Source: Patescibacteria group bacterium | Lineage (GTDB): Bacteria; Patescibacteriota; UBA1384; XYA2-FULL-43-10; 1-14-0-10-43-13 | Reading direction: 5' to 3' | DNA: 44,459 nucleotides | Assembly: GCA_041671645.1 (NCBI GenBank) | Contig: JBAZBD010000002.1 | Coordinates: forward strand, 1-44,459 | Shown here: in pieces, positions 1 through 9,803 of the stretch | How positions within the stretch are numbered: position 1 is the stretch's first letter | How the letters are laid out: the number at the start of each line of letters is the position of its first letter | Position numbers and translations under genes: made by a program | Notes under the pieces: generated by a model | The model's database searches: none | What the model was told of the DNA's origin: nothing | Seen by the model: only the letters and a program-made list of their open reading frames with translations

Positions 1-2
1 CG

Positions 3-3000
3 AACGATTTCTATAATTTAACTGCTGCAGCATCTGCAAACCGTACGATTCAAGTCACCGCATCCACTACCCAGACCGTATTTAATACATTGTCCATAAA
101 CGGTACAGATGCTTCGAAAAAAATAACACTTGTTTCGTCTTCTCCTGGGACTCGTTGGAACATTGATCCGCAGGCTACCAAATCAGTCTCATGGGTCACT
201 GTTTCTGATTCGACCTCGACTAATGCGATCAACGCTACAAATTCGACAGAGGGGACCCCTTCTTCTACTACGAATTGGCTTCTCTTGACTGACCACACTC
301 TGTCATACTCCGCAGTAGCCAACGGATCGATTGTCGGCACGAATCCTCAGACAGTTGCCGATGGCGCTGATGGTACCGAAGTGGTCGCTACACCTGCTGC
401 CAACTATCACTGGGTTAGTTGGTCTGATACATATCCGACAGCAGCCAGAACTGACTTAAATGTAACTGGTGATATTACCGTTTCTGCTAGTTTTGCAATC
501 GACACTTTTACTTTGACCTATTCCGCAGGGGCCAATGGCTCCATCGTCGGTGTTTCTCCACAAACTGTAAATTATGGTGCAAATGGTTCAGAGGTTACAG
601 CCACTCCTGCCGCCAATTATCACTTTACTTCCTGGTCTGATGGTATCCTGACAGCGGCTAGGACTGACACAAATATAACTGCGAACAAGTCAGTGACGGC
701 CAGTTTCGCTATTGATACCCACACTCTCACTTACTCTTCTGGTGCTAATGGTTCTATTGTTGGTACATCCCCTCAGACGGTCAATCATGGGGCTGATGGT
801 TCAGAAGTTGTGGCCACGCCTGCTGCTAATTATCACTTTACTTCTTGGTCTGATGGCGTACTTACGGCAGCTCGAACTGATACAAACGTCGTTGCAAATA
901 TTTCAGTTACGGCTAGTTTTGCAATCGACACTTTTACTTTGACCTATTCCGCTGGTGCCAATGGTTCAATCGTCGGCGATTCGCCTCAAACTGTGAATTA
1001 TGGTGCAAATGGTTCAGAGGTTACGGCTACTCCTGCCGCTAATTATCACTTTACCTCTTGGTCTGATGGTGTCTTGACGGCGGCCAGAACAGATACAAAT
1101 ATAACTGCAAACAAATCAGTCACAGCTAGCTTCGCAATTGATACATACACATTGGCTTATTCTGCTGGCGCCAATGGCTCAATCACTGGCACGACTCCTC
1201 AGACTGTAAACCACGGATCTGACGGCTCGCAGGTCACGGCAACTGCAGACGCTAACTACCACTTTACTTCCTGGTCTGACGGTGTACTTACTGCGGCAAG
1301 GACAGAGACCAATGTAACTGCTGACAAATCGGTGACTGCGAGCTTCGCAATTAATACTCATACTTTGTCATACTCGGCTAGTGCCAATGGTTCAATCACT
1401 GGCGTCTCGCCGCAAACCGTAAATCACGGCGCAAGCGGGTCTCAGGTTACGGCAGCTCCCGCGGCAAATTACCATTTTGTCGAGTGGTCGGACAATCATT
1501 CAACGGTTGCTAGCCGTACCGATTCCAATGTAACGGCAGATATCAGCTCGACTGCTAGCTTCGCGATCGACACTCACAATATTACTGCTTCTACCGATGC
1601 GAATGGGAACATCAGCCCGCTTGGTATCACAGCCGTCGATTATGGTACAGACCAGGATATTACTTTTACCAGTGATCCCGGATACCACATTTCAACACTC
1701 TTGGTCGACGGAGTGCCTCAATCTACTCTTACTTCGCCATATACATTTGTTGGTGTTACTGAAAATCATACGATTTCTATCACTACAGCCGCTGACAATA
1801 CCTGTGTTTGGGTTGGTCTTGGCGCCGATAGCAATTGGTCGACATCGCTGAACTGGTCGGGAAATGAAATTCCAGTTTCGACCTGTGACGTCATCTTTAA
1901 TTCCTCTTCTAGCACAGCCTCGACTCTTGACGCTGGCTTCACAAATCATATCAAATCACTCTCAATCATTTCTGGCTACACCAATACAGTTACCTTGGCT
2001 AACGACTTGCAAAATGATGGAGATTTAAACCTTGCCGCAGGCACACTGAAGGCCAACAATTATACCCTGAATATTGCTGGGGATTGGGATAACACTGGTG
2101 GCACTTTTGTGGAGGATACTTCCACTGTAAATTTCAATGGATCCGTTGCCGCTAGTGTCAGTGCTAACGGCGGTGAGTTTTACAGAGTAACATTTGCTGG
2201 AGTGTCAGCTATTAGCACGCCAAGCGTCTGGGTGGCCAATTACAACACAAATAATGTGTCCAAGATAAATTCGTCAAATGGTTCAAAAACCGGCGACTAC
2301 TCGACCGGCAGTTATTCCTATGGATCAGCAATCGATACGAGCGGTTTCGCTTGGGTCACTAATATGGGCAGCGATACTGTTTCGAAGATCAATGTTTCAA
2401 CCGGAGCTAAGATTACTGACTATGCTACGGGGTCAATTCCGAAGGGTGTGGCCATCGATGCTAGCGGCTTTGTTTGGGTAGCCAATTTTGGCGGTGGCAC
2501 AGTCTCAAAAATCAATCCTTCGACTGGCGTCAAGACGAACTATACGACCGGCTCAGGATCTACTGGTGTGGCCATCGATGCTAGCGGCTTTGTTTGGGTC
2601 ACTAACTATTCTGGGACAGGTTCGGTTTCAAAAATTAACGCATCCACTGGATCGAAAGTTGCTGATTATGCAGTCGGTACAAACCCAACTGGTGTGGCCA
2701 TCGATGCTAGCGGCTTTGTTTGGGTCGTCAACACAGGCAGTAATAATATTTCAAAGATCAACGCACTGACGGGCGTGAAAGTAGCTGATTATGCCACAGG
2801 TTTGAGTCCTGCTGGGGTCGCGGTTGATACCAACGGTTTTGTTTGGATCTCGAACGGTGGTGCGAACACAATTTCGAAAATGAATCCTTCGACTGGATCC
2901 AAGACAGATTATGCTACTGGTTCTAGCCCTGCTGGCGTAGCTGTCGACAGTAGCGGCTTCATCTGGATCGCGAACACTTCTGGCAATACTATTTCGAAAA

Positions 3001-6000
3001 TGAATTCTTCGACTGGATCCAAGACTGATTATTCAGTTGGAACTTCTCCATATTCCTTCGGCGATATGACGGGCTTTGCTCTTCAGCAGTTCGTTTTGGG
3101 TGGCACGAACTCTAGTAGTGCCTCATATACTCTGTCTTCTGGGTTAACTATGACTGACGAGCTGACTATTTCTTCGGGTATTGTGTCGGCCGGCGCCAAC
3201 ACAATATCAGCCGGAAAATTTATCCAGAGCGGAGGCTACTTTACTGCTCCGTCGACTACCATGTCTGTCTCGGGCGATTTCCAGCGTTCTGGGGGCGTTT
3301 TTGTCAGAAACCTAGGTACAGTAAGTTTAGCTGGCGTAGCCAGCTCGACCCAAGTAGTTTCCGGATCAACAACGTTCAATAATTTATCTGCCACGACAAC
3401 CTCTGCTCGGACTATCCAATTTGCTGCTGATTCGAGCCAGGCGGTATTGGGGACCTGGACGGCTACCGGCGCGGCTGCTCAACTTTTATCATTGGCTCTA
3501 AAAACTGGCGATAGCGGCGTCTGGAATATTAATCCTACTGCTTGGAGCGTCGATTATGTTAACGTTTCAAACTCAACCAACTTCGCTTCTACTCCGATCA
3601 GCCCGACTCATTATGATTCAGCGTCTCTGACCGCAAATAATACAAATTGGTTCTCACTCAGCTTGGTGGGCCATACTATTACCTCTTCTGTGGTTGGGTC
3701 CAATGGCACCATCTCACCTAGCGGCGCTACCTCGGTCGCTGATGGAAGCAACCAAACCTATACAATTACCCCTGGGACTGGTTATCACATCTCCGATATC
3801 AAAATTGATGGGATAAGTCTTACTGGAACCCTGGCTTCGACCTACACTTTTTCAAATGTTACAGCCGAACACACGATTGCGGTTACGTTCGCAGCAAATG
3901 ATGTTTGTGTCTGGGACGGTGGAGCTGATGATGAAAACTGGAGCTCGGCTTCAAACTGGTCGAACGATACGACGCCATTTGCGACTTGCGATGTTATTTT
4001 CAATAGTACCTCAAGAAAAAATTCTATAATTGATACTATCTTCAGTAGTCATATCAAATCTCTCGCAGTTAATACTGGTTATACCGGAATTATTTCTGCC
4101 AGCAACGATCTGGCCAACGACGGAGACTTTGTTTTAAGTTCCGGAACATTTTCGGCTGGCTCTAAGACAATCAATATCGCTGGTTCTTTATCGCTGGCTC
4201 CAAGCTCGACCGCTGTATTCGAAAAAGGGAGTAGCACCATAAATTTCAATCCAATCGCAACAGGCAAGACAATTACAACCAGCGGCCAGCAACTCGGTAA
4301 TTTGACTTTCAACGGAGTAGACGCAAATTTAACTGGGGTTGCGATTACCTCCAACAACAATATTGGCCTTCTTAGAAAGGGGATTATTGTTGCCGGCTGG
4401 ACGCTCCAGGACAATTTGAGTGCGGCATCAGTGGCTGTGGTTTCCGGGACTCTTGTAGACGCAGGTAAATCTGTAACTGTGGCTGGCAGTATCAATATTC
4501 CGTACAAGATTGGCCTCTTGGCTTCGACAGGTCTTTGGACGCAATCTGCCAGCGGCAATATTTCAAACGGCGATATGCGCAATACCTTTGGCAGTTTGAC
4601 GATAGCTGGCGCAGGAGTAACTACAAATATGATTGGAGCGGTAAAAGTCGGGTTAAATGAAGGATCAGCCGGAGCGCTAACCATGGGCCCTGGGACATTG
4701 AATGGCAACAACAATTCTCTCATAGAATATATGCCGAGAAATGATGGTCTTGGGCTCGACAATCTCATAGTCGGCTCGAAATTGAGCACATTTACCATGT
4801 ATCCGCTAGGCAATATACTTCAGAAAGCAATCTCTTTGCCAAATAATTTTGGGAATATTCAGATTCAGAAGAATCCCTCCACTAAATTCACTGCTACTGG
4901 CGACTTTAACTTTGGCAATAATAATTTGACGGTTAATAATGATAGTACTATCAGAAATACTGGCTATTTGGATATGGGTCAATACAATCTGACCTGTAAT
5001 AATCTTACAATCGGCTCAAATTTCGGAAGCGTAGCGAATCCTTCTTATTACCAAATTGCTGGTGGGCTCAAAATTAGCAGTGGTAGCATCAACGTCGGCG
5101 GCAATCTGGCTGCTGCTCATCCTCTAAATTTTGGCGACACCCTTGATCTTGGATCTGGAACATTAAATTTTTCTGGCTCAAGTTTCAATACCAATTATCT
5201 CAACTTTACTGCCGGCACTTCTACGGTAAATTTCACGAGTGCCACCGGCTCTACCCAGGCGATTTATAGCTCTGCCACATTCAATAATTTATCAATTGCG
5301 ACGACTTCTGCTCGCATTATCAAATTTGCTGCTGGTACAACCCAGACTGTTCTTGGTACCTGGACAGCCACTGGCGCGCCAGATCAATTGCTGACCATGG
5401 CTCTAAAAGCAGGCGATACTGGTTTGTGGAGTGTCAATCCAGCTGCTTGGAATGTCGACTATGTCAATGTCAGCAATTCAAACAATCTGGCGTCATCCAA
5501 AATAAATCCGGCTCATTATGTCGACGGTGGGGGCAACATTAACTGGTTTGACCCGGCTGTCGCGCCGATTCCTGATGAACCTGGGACTGATCTGGGCACG
5601 ATTGTTGACGATGTTATCGACACCGTTACTACAGCAATCGATGTTATCACAGATGCCATAACCAATTTCATCACAAATATCGTCGAAACTTTGGCTCAAA
5701 GTGTGATCGGACTGTTCGTCCAAAACGCGGTCGAAAATATTTCTGCAGCAATCGCCGCAACCGCTACTGCGATTAGAAATGTATTATCAAAAATTGGGTT
5801 GACACCGGAGGTTGCATCTAGTGTCGCAACTGCGGTTACCGCTGTTTCGATTGCTGCAGCAGCAATCGCCGCCGCGCCTATGGCAGCCTCAGGCTCCCTG
5901 TTCAACCTTGGAGAAATATTTCATTCTATTTGGCAGCCAATCGCAAATTTTGTTACTCGAAAACGTCGTCGTAATTGGGGCAGGGTTATAGAGGAGGGAA

Positions 6001-6755
6001 CGGGGGTTCCTATCGCAACTGCCAAGATTAATCTGGTCAAACTCTATCGAGAAAGCAGAGAGGTGATGTATGAAAGTCAGAAGGTCGTTGCCTCGACCTA
6101 CACCGATAAATCTGGGCAGTATGGTTTCGTGGTCGAGCCAGGCAAATACAAATTGGAAGTCGTCAAGGATAAATTCAACGTTGTCGATACGAACTCCTTC
6201 CTTGATTTTTATCATCCAAATACGCTTTTCGAAGTGCGGGACTACAAACAGGGGCTGGTAATCAAGGATATTACGATGGCTACTGGCGCCAAGAACATGG
6301 CCAAAAATTTCAAATTTACTCATTTGCTTCAGGCGATCCAAAAAATTTCAGCCTATGTCTCGATCGGTTTCCTGATATTCGGGACCGCGAGTATTATTCC
6401 AGTCGTTACAGAAAAGTTTTCGCTAATCAATCTCGGAATTGTGGCTCTTTATATATTATTTTGGGTAATGAATGTCAAAAACATTCTGAAGAAATCGCCA
6501 TGGGGGATTGTTATTAGCAAGGAGGATCATATGGGCATCCCACTCGTCTTGGTCAGGATCATCAACAAAAAAACAGGCCAACTTGTCGGCACGACTATTT
6601 CAAACGAAAAAGGAAGATTCTCGACATTCATCAGCAAAGGAGACTACGAAATTCGGGCTTCGAAGGGCGGCTATGTTCTAGAAAAACCGATCGTTTACAA
6701 GGTCGGGGGTGAGAAAAATGTTCTCAACAAAACTATCGAAATGGTGCCAGAGTAG
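3..6755 (+). CDS. Giant secreted/cell-surface repeat protein, 5'-partial. The frame is open to the window edge, so the TTG at 90 in the ORF track is not the true start.
   Basis: No stop occurs in this frame from nt 3. Translated nt 3-290 (NDFYNLTAAASANRTIQV...VSWVTVSDS) is a third copy of the FNNLS..SARxIxF...VDYVNVSNS module seen at ~3369-3655 and ~5275-5550. The protein holds 6 x 71-aa InlB-B/Flg_new-like repeats, 7 blades of ~41 aa (VSKIN.STG.K.DY..G..P.G.A.D..GF.W..N), and duplicated CVW.G...D.NWS...NWS....CDVIFN modules. The C-terminus has a hydrophobic Ala/Ile-rich segment, TM helices and two carboxypeptidase-regulatory-like beta-sandwich domains (GQYGFVVEPGKYKLEV; GRFSTFISKGDYEIRA). 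Confidence 0.9.
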   Translation, partial: NDFYNLTAAASANRTIQVTASTTQTVFNTLSINGTDASKKITLVSSSPGTRWNIDPQATKSVSWVTVSDSTSTNAINATNSTEGTPSSTTNWLLLTDHTLSYSAVANGSIVGTNPQTVADGADGTEVVATPAANYHWVSWSDTYPTAARTDLNVTGDITVSASFAIDTFTLTYSAGANGSIVGVSPQTVNYGANGSEVTATPAANYHFTSWSDGILTAARTDTNITANKSVTASFAIDTHTLTYSSGANGSIVGTSPQTVNHGADGSEVVATPAANYHFTSWSDGVLTAARTDTNVVANISVTASFAIDTFTLTYSAGANGSIVGDSPQTVNYGANGSEVTATPAANYHFTSWSDGVLTAARTDTNITANKSVTASFAIDTYTLAYSAGANGSITGTTPQTVNHGSDGSQVTATADANYHFTSWSDGVLTAARTETNVTADKSVTASFAINTHTLSYSASANGSITGVSPQTVNHGASGSQVTAAPAANYHFVEWSDNHSTVASRTDSNVTADISSTASFAIDTHNITASTDANGNISPLGITAVDYGTDQDITFTSDPGYHISTLLVDGVPQSTLTSPYTFVGVTENHTISITTAADNTCVWVGLGADSNWSTSLNWSGNEIPVSTCDVIFNSSSSTASTLDAGFTNHIKSLSIISGYTNTVTLANDLQNDGDLNLAAGTLKANNYTLNIAGDWDNTGGTFVEDTSTVNFNGSVAASVSANGGEFYRVTFAGVSAISTPSVWVANYNTNNVSKINSSNGSKTGDYSTGSYSYGSAIDTSGFAWVTNMGSDTVSKINVSTGAKITDYATGSIPKGVAIDASGFVWVANFGGGTVSKINPSTGVKTNYTTGSGSTGVAIDASGFVWVTNYSGTGSVSKINASTGSKVADYAVGTNPTGVAIDASGFVWVVNTGSNNISKINALTGVKVADYATGLSPAGVAVDTNGFVWISNGGANTISKMNPSTGSKTDYATGSSPAGVAVDSSGFIWIANTSGNTISKMNSSTGSKTDYSVGTSPYSFGDMTGFALQQFVLGGTNSSSASYTLSSGLTMTDELTISSGIVSAGANTISAGKFIQSGGYFTAPSTTMSVSGDFQRSGGVFVRNLGTVSLAGVASSTQVVSGSTTFNNLSATTTSARTIQFAADSSQAVLGTWTATGAAAQLLSLALKTGDSGVWNINPTAWSVDYVNVSNSTNFASTPISPTHYDSASLTANNTNWFSLSLVGHTITSSVVGSNGTISPSGATSVADGSNQTYTITPGTGYHISDIKIDGISLTGTLASTYTFSNVTAEHTIAVTFAANDVCVWDGGADDENWSSASNWSNDTTPFATCDVIFNSTSRKNSIIDTIFSSHIKSLAVNTGYTGIISASNDLANDGDFVLSSGTFSAGSKTINIAGSLSLAPSSTAVFEKGSSTINFNPIATGKTITTSGQQLGNLTFNGVDANLTGVAITSNNNIGLLRKGIIVAGWTLQDNLSAASVAVVSGTLVDAGKSVTVAGSINIPYKIGLLASTGLWTQSASGNISNGDMRNTFGSLTIAGAGVTTNMIGAVKVGLNEGSAGALTMGPGTLNGNNNSLIEYMPRNDGLGLDNLIVGSKLSTFTMYPLGNILQKAISLPNNFGNIQIQKNPSTKFTATGDFNFGNNNLTVNNDSTIRNTGYLDMGQYNLTCNNLTIGSNFGSVANPSYYQIAGGLKISSGSINVGGNLAAAHPLNFGDTLDLGSGTLNFSGSSFNTNYLNFTAGTSTVNFTSATGSTQAIYSSATFNNLSIATTSARIIKFAAGTTQTVLGTWTATGAPDQLLTMALKAGDTGLWSVNPAAWNVDYVNVSNSNNLASSKINPAHYVDGGGNINWFDPAVAPIPDEPGTDLGTIVDDVIDTVTTAIDVITDAITNFITNIVETLAQSVIGLFVQNAVENISAAIAATATAIRNVLSKIGLTPEVASSVATAVTAVSIAAAAIAAAPMAASGSLFNLGEIFHSIWQPIANFVTRKRRRNWGRVIEEGTGVPIATAKINLVKLYRESREVMYESQKVVASTYTDKSGQYGFVVEPGKYKLEVVKDKFNVVDTNSFLDFYHPNTLFEVRDYKQGLVIKDITMATGAKNMAKNFKFTHLLQAIQKISAYVSIGFLIFGTASIIPVVTEKFSLINLGIVALYILFWVMNVKNILKKSPWGIVISKEDHMGIPLVLVRIINKKTGQLVGTTISNEKGRFSTFISKGDYEIRASKGGYVLEKPIVYKVGGEKNVLNKTIEMVPE
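294..1575 (+). repeat. Six tandem 213-bp (71-aa) coding repeats with a 426-bp higher-order period
   Basis: The repeat consensus is xTLTYSAGANGSIVG.SPQTVN.GA.GSEVTATPAANYHFTSWSDGVLTAARTDTN.TA.KSVTASFAIDT. Units 2 and 4 are nearly identical. The 39-nt string tagttttgcaatcgacacttttactttgacctattccgc occurs at both 488-526 and 914-952. Confidence 0.9.
2226..3090 (+). repeat. Seven tandem ~120-126-bp coding repeats (beta-propeller blades, NHL/YVTN/Vgb-lyase-like)
   Basis: The 35-nt string ggtgtggccatcgatgctagcggctttgtttgggt is identical at 2445-2479, 2565-2599 and 2691-2725. The blade peptide motif recurs seven times. Confidence 0.85.
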
Positions 6756-6772
6756 ATAATTATTTCTAAAAT

Positions 6773-6805
6773 AAAAAAGAGCCGCTTTCAGAGCAGCTCT
6801 TTTTG
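6773..6805. terminator. Bidirectional rho-independent terminator between convergent genes
   Basis: The stem is AGAGCCGC (6778-6785) / GCAGCTCT (6793-6800) with one mismatch. It is flanked by an A-run upstream and TTTT downstream. Confidence 0.7.
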
Positions 6806-6824
6806 GGATTTAAAACGTAAAAAA

Positions 6825-7052
6825 TTATTTCTTCTTATCCGACTTGGCAATGCAGAAATAGTAAATAATTTCGAAAATACCAACTGTGTTGATGGCGAGA
6901 AGGGGGACAAACCAACCTGGCTCGTTTCTCCGAGCCGCTCGCCAGAGAGCTAGACCTTTCCAGACGACGGACCATAGTACTATAAACCCGAGAGCGAATC
7001 CTTGCGCCCCAGTAATGTTGGGCGCGGTCGAAACGAATGAGCTAAAATCCAT
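6825..7052 (-). CDS. Small two-TM membrane protein (DUF5652-like, assigned from memory)
   Basis: 75 aa. The motif WKGLALWRAARRNEPGWF...INTVGIFEIIYYF resembles small membrane proteins common in Patescibacteria. A GGAGG Shine-Dalgarno lies upstream (reverse complement of ccattttgcctcc at 7050-7062). Confidence 0.7.
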   Translation of the reverse strand: MDFSSFVSTAPNITGAQGFALGFIVLWSVVWKGLALWRAARRNEPGWFVPLLAINTVGIFEIIYYFCIAKSDKKK

Positions 7053-7129
7053 TTTGCCTCCTAGATTATTTACTATATTATACCATAATTTGATATAATA
7101 ATTCTAACAATAATAAAATCGGAGGAACG

Positions 7130-7888
7130 ATGGAAGAGAAGTTTCGAAAATTGAGAAAGTTTAACATTTTTATGGCCTGCTTACATTTCGCTCAGGCAGT
7201 TGTGATGCTGATATTGGCCACTGACATGAAAGTTTCGGTCTTTACCTCATTTCTCAAATTTGACATGGCAACAGAAAGTCTAATCCCTGATCCAAAAGTT
7301 TGGTTCAATATCCCACTGGTCGCCCTCATTGTCTCATTCCTTTTTATTTCTTCCTTGGCCCACTTAATGGTTTCTCTGCCCAAGATCAACGATTGGTACA
7401 ACAAAAACTTGGCCAAAGGCGCAAATTATGCACGTTGGATTGAGTACGCTTTTAGCTCCTCAATCATGATCTTGGTAATCAGTATGTTGGTCGGAATCTC
7501 CGACATTTCGGCCCTGATCCCAATCTTCTTCGTCAATGCGGCTATGATTCTGTTTGGTTGGATGATGGAGCTTCACAATCAGACTACTAGCAAGGTCAAT
7601 TGGGCATCATTCATCTTCGGTTGTATCGCTGGAATTGCCCCATGGCTTGTGATCGCTCTCTATCTTTGGAGCCCGGGAAGCGCTTCAAATCCTCCAACAT
7701 TTGTCTATTGGATTTTCTTTTCAATTTTCCTTTTCTTCAATGTTTTTGCTATCAATCAAGTTCTCCAGTACAAGAAAGTGGGCCGTTGGAGCGACTATTT
7801 GTATGGAGAGAGAGCGTATATTATTCTTTCGCTCGTTGCAAAATCTCTCCTCGCCTGGCAGGTTTTCGCCGGCACATTGAGACCATAA
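7130..7888 (+). CDS. Heliorhodopsin (7-TM retinal protein)
   Basis: 252 aa. The strings RWIEYAFSSSIMI, FGCIAGIAPW and GERAYIILSLVAKSLLAWQVFAGTLRP closely parallel heliorhodopsin 48C12 as I recall it (RWVEYSLSSSVMI, FGCIAGIVPW, GERAYIVLSLVAKSALAWQIFSGTL). Schiff-base Lys K238 (codon 7841-7843), counterion Glu E105, and H19/Q22/H78 are all present. A GGAGG SD sits 5 nt upstream. Confidence 0.9.
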   Translation: MEEKFRKLRKFNIFMACLHFAQAVVMLILATDMKVSVFTSFLKFDMATESLIPDPKVWFNIPLVALIVSFLFISSLAHLMVSLPKINDWYNKNLAKGANYARWIEYAFSSSIMILVISMLVGISDISALIPIFFVNAAMILFGWMMELHNQTTSKVNWASFIFGCIAGIAPWLVIALYLWSPGSASNPPTFVYWIFFSIFLFFNVFAINQVLQYKKVGRWSDYLYGERAYIILSLVAKSLLAWQVFAGTLRP

Positions 7889-7927
7889 TTATTGCTAGGT
7901 AGAGCCGATCTCTGCTATCCTTATCTT

Positions 7928-8740
7928 ATGACAATATTGCATTCAATAATTTTGGGTTCCTTACAAGGCCTGACCGAGTTCCTACCAATCTCTTCTTCTG
8001 GTCATTTAGTTTTGGTTCCTTACGTTTTCAATTGGAATTACCAAGGCAAGGCTTTTGATGTCGCCCTACATGCTGGGACTGCCTTTGCTATAGTCGTTTT
8101 TTTCTGGCGAGATTGGCTGGACATATTCAAGAAGGCATTCTCCAGAAGAGCTCGAGTCGAGGGTGAAACAATCAAAAAATACCCGGACAATATCCTGTGG
8201 CAAATTTTGGTTGCCTCAATTCCTGCGGTGATTGTCGGGCTTCTTCTGGACAAATTTGCCGCTGACTATTTAAATTCAACCCTTTTCGTTACAGCGAATC
8301 TAGCGCTGTTTGGTATTTTGCTTTGGTATGTAGACAAAAAATCAAAGTCTGATTTGACTCCACAGAAACTAACTTACAAAAAGTCTTTTCTCATCGGTTT
8401 GTCACAATCACTCGCTCTAATTCCTGGAGTTTCCAGATCGGGGATTACACTGACTGCGGCTCGATGGATGGGGATGCCACGCGCGGAAGCGGCTCGTTTT
8501 TCATTTTTGTTAGCTACTCCTACAATCGTCGGCGCTTTCTTGATGAAGATCGCTACTATCGAAAAGGGGGGGCTTGATATCACTTTCTGGCTTGGCGTTA
8601 TTGCGGCAACGGTATTTGGTCTTTTGGCTATTAAATTTCTACTCAATTATCTCAAAAACAGCGATCTCTCCATATTCATGTGGTACAGAATTATCGCCGC
8701 TCTCATAGTTTTGGGAATATATTTGGCTCGTCTGAACTAA
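7928..8740 (+). CDS. uppP: Undecaprenyl-diphosphate phosphatase
   Basis: It has the canonical N-terminus MTILHSIILGSLQGLTEFLPISSSGHL, the SRSG motif (PGVSRSGITL) and a multi-TM profile. I prefer the ATG at 7928 over the upstream TTG at 7892. Confidence 0.9.
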   Translation: MTILHSIILGSLQGLTEFLPISSSGHLVLVPYVFNWNYQGKAFDVALHAGTAFAIVVFFWRDWLDIFKKAFSRRARVEGETIKKYPDNILWQILVASIPAVIVGLLLDKFAADYLNSTLFVTANLALFGILLWYVDKKSKSDLTPQKLTYKKSFLIGLSQSLALIPGVSRSGITLTAARWMGMPRAEAARFSFLLATPTIVGAFLMKIATIEKGGLDITFWLGVIAATVFGLLAIKFLLNYLKNSDLSIFMWYRIIAALIVLGIYLARLN

Positions 8741-9796
8741 CTAATTTGCGAATCCCTTGATCACCCCGTCGTCGCTTCTCAATGTTCTCTCCGTAATCCA
8801 GCCAGAGGCGTAGTTTCGTTCTCTCAAATTGAAGGTGCCATCGTCGTTGACTGAAGTCACAATCGCGACGTGACCGGCCCAGCTTTCATTGGTCACGACT
8901 AGTCCGCCAGCTCTTGGTGTCGAAGAATTAGTCGGTATCCATTTAGCCAGGACATGGCCGCTAACAGCATAACCTTGGGATACGACATAGGTATAGCATT
9001 GGCCATATGAACGTTCTACATAGCGAACTCCGTTGATAGTGCCATAGTATTGTTTTTTGGCTGGTGCTTGTGCTTTTGCCGTCGCAGTCACCTTGGCCGC
9101 ATTTTTGGCTGCCACTTTTGCTTTCTCGGCATTCTCCTTTTTGGCGATCAGGGCGGCAGAAACCTCGTAATTTTTCTCTGGAATTTTGAGTTTCTGGTTC
9201 GGTTTGATCGTGTTTGTGCCTGTTATATCATTTAGGTATTTAATAGTCGCAATCTTGACGCTGAATTTCATGCCGAGACCAGAGAGTGTGTCTCCTGTTT
9301 TCACGATATAATATATTGTCTCATTCGAGTTATCGGGATCTGGTTCCACTCTTGCGGTTAACTGTGTCTCAACGGAAGCACTGCTACTTATGAAACCGCC
9401 CGATGAGGCTAGGCTGGAATCAGCAATTTCCACAATATGGCCATCCCCATTGATCAGAGGAGTGAATTGGTCCACTGTAGAGACTATTGATTGGCCGTCG
9501 GCCCGGTCGACGCTGACGAGCTGATTTTCAATGGTTTTCGCCTGAACTGTTTGGCCAATGTTGGAAAATGTTGCAAGGCTAAGAATTGCTACCATAGCGA
9601 AGTGGGGCAGATAACGGTTGCTCGTGAAAATTTGCACAATTATTTGAGTAGCAGAGCGAACTACAAAAAAAAGCTTTTTGCAGATCTTACTTATGGGATC
9701 AAGAAAGATTTTTACTAAGCTGAGTATATTGGCGCGATGAGTTTTTTGACGCTCCCCGGAAGTTGCAGGAACGTTTTCTGGTTCCAAAATAGCCAT
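8741..9796 (-). CDS. LysM + CHAP domain peptidoglycan hydrolase (N-terminal membrane anchor)
   Basis: LysM motif: YIVKTGDTLSGLGMKFSVKIATIKYLNDI...IKPNQKLKIP. The C-terminal CHAP-like domain has Cys (YGQCYTYV) and His (WAGHVAIVTSV). An Ala/Lys-rich linker joins the two. Confidence 0.85.
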   Translation of the reverse strand: MAILEPENVPATSGERQKTHRANILSLVKIFLDPISKICKKLFFVVRSATQIIVQIFTSNRYLPHFAMVAILSLATFSNIGQTVQAKTIENQLVSVDRADGQSIVSTVDQFTPLINGDGHIVEIADSSLASSGGFISSSASVETQLTARVEPDPDNSNETIYYIVKTGDTLSGLGMKFSVKIATIKYLNDITGTNTIKPNQKLKIPEKNYEVSAALIAKKENAEKAKVAAKNAAKVTATAKAQAPAKKQYYGTINGVRYVERSYGQCYTYVVSQGYAVSGHVLAKWIPTNSSTPRAGGLVVTNESWAGHVAIVTSVNDDGTFNLRERNYASGWITERTLRSDDGVIKGFAN

Positions 9797-9803
9797 AAAC
9801 GAT

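Noticed and set aside
4079-4813. A 244-aa minus-strand ORF, together with 50-340, 1179-1361, 1500-1949, 5493-5905 and 5889-6341 on the minus strand, all inside the giant surface-protein gene.
   Set aside because: All are antisense or alternate-frame to a 2,200-aa ORF with clear domain repeats. Their products are low-complexity mirror translations and none has an SD. They are typical shadow ORFs.
8738-8743. The uppP stop (8740) and the LysM/CHAP gene stop (8741) abut with zero spacer and no terminator.
   Set aside because: It is real, but it is just tight convergent packing typical of reduced genomes. Nothing further can be inferred from sequence.
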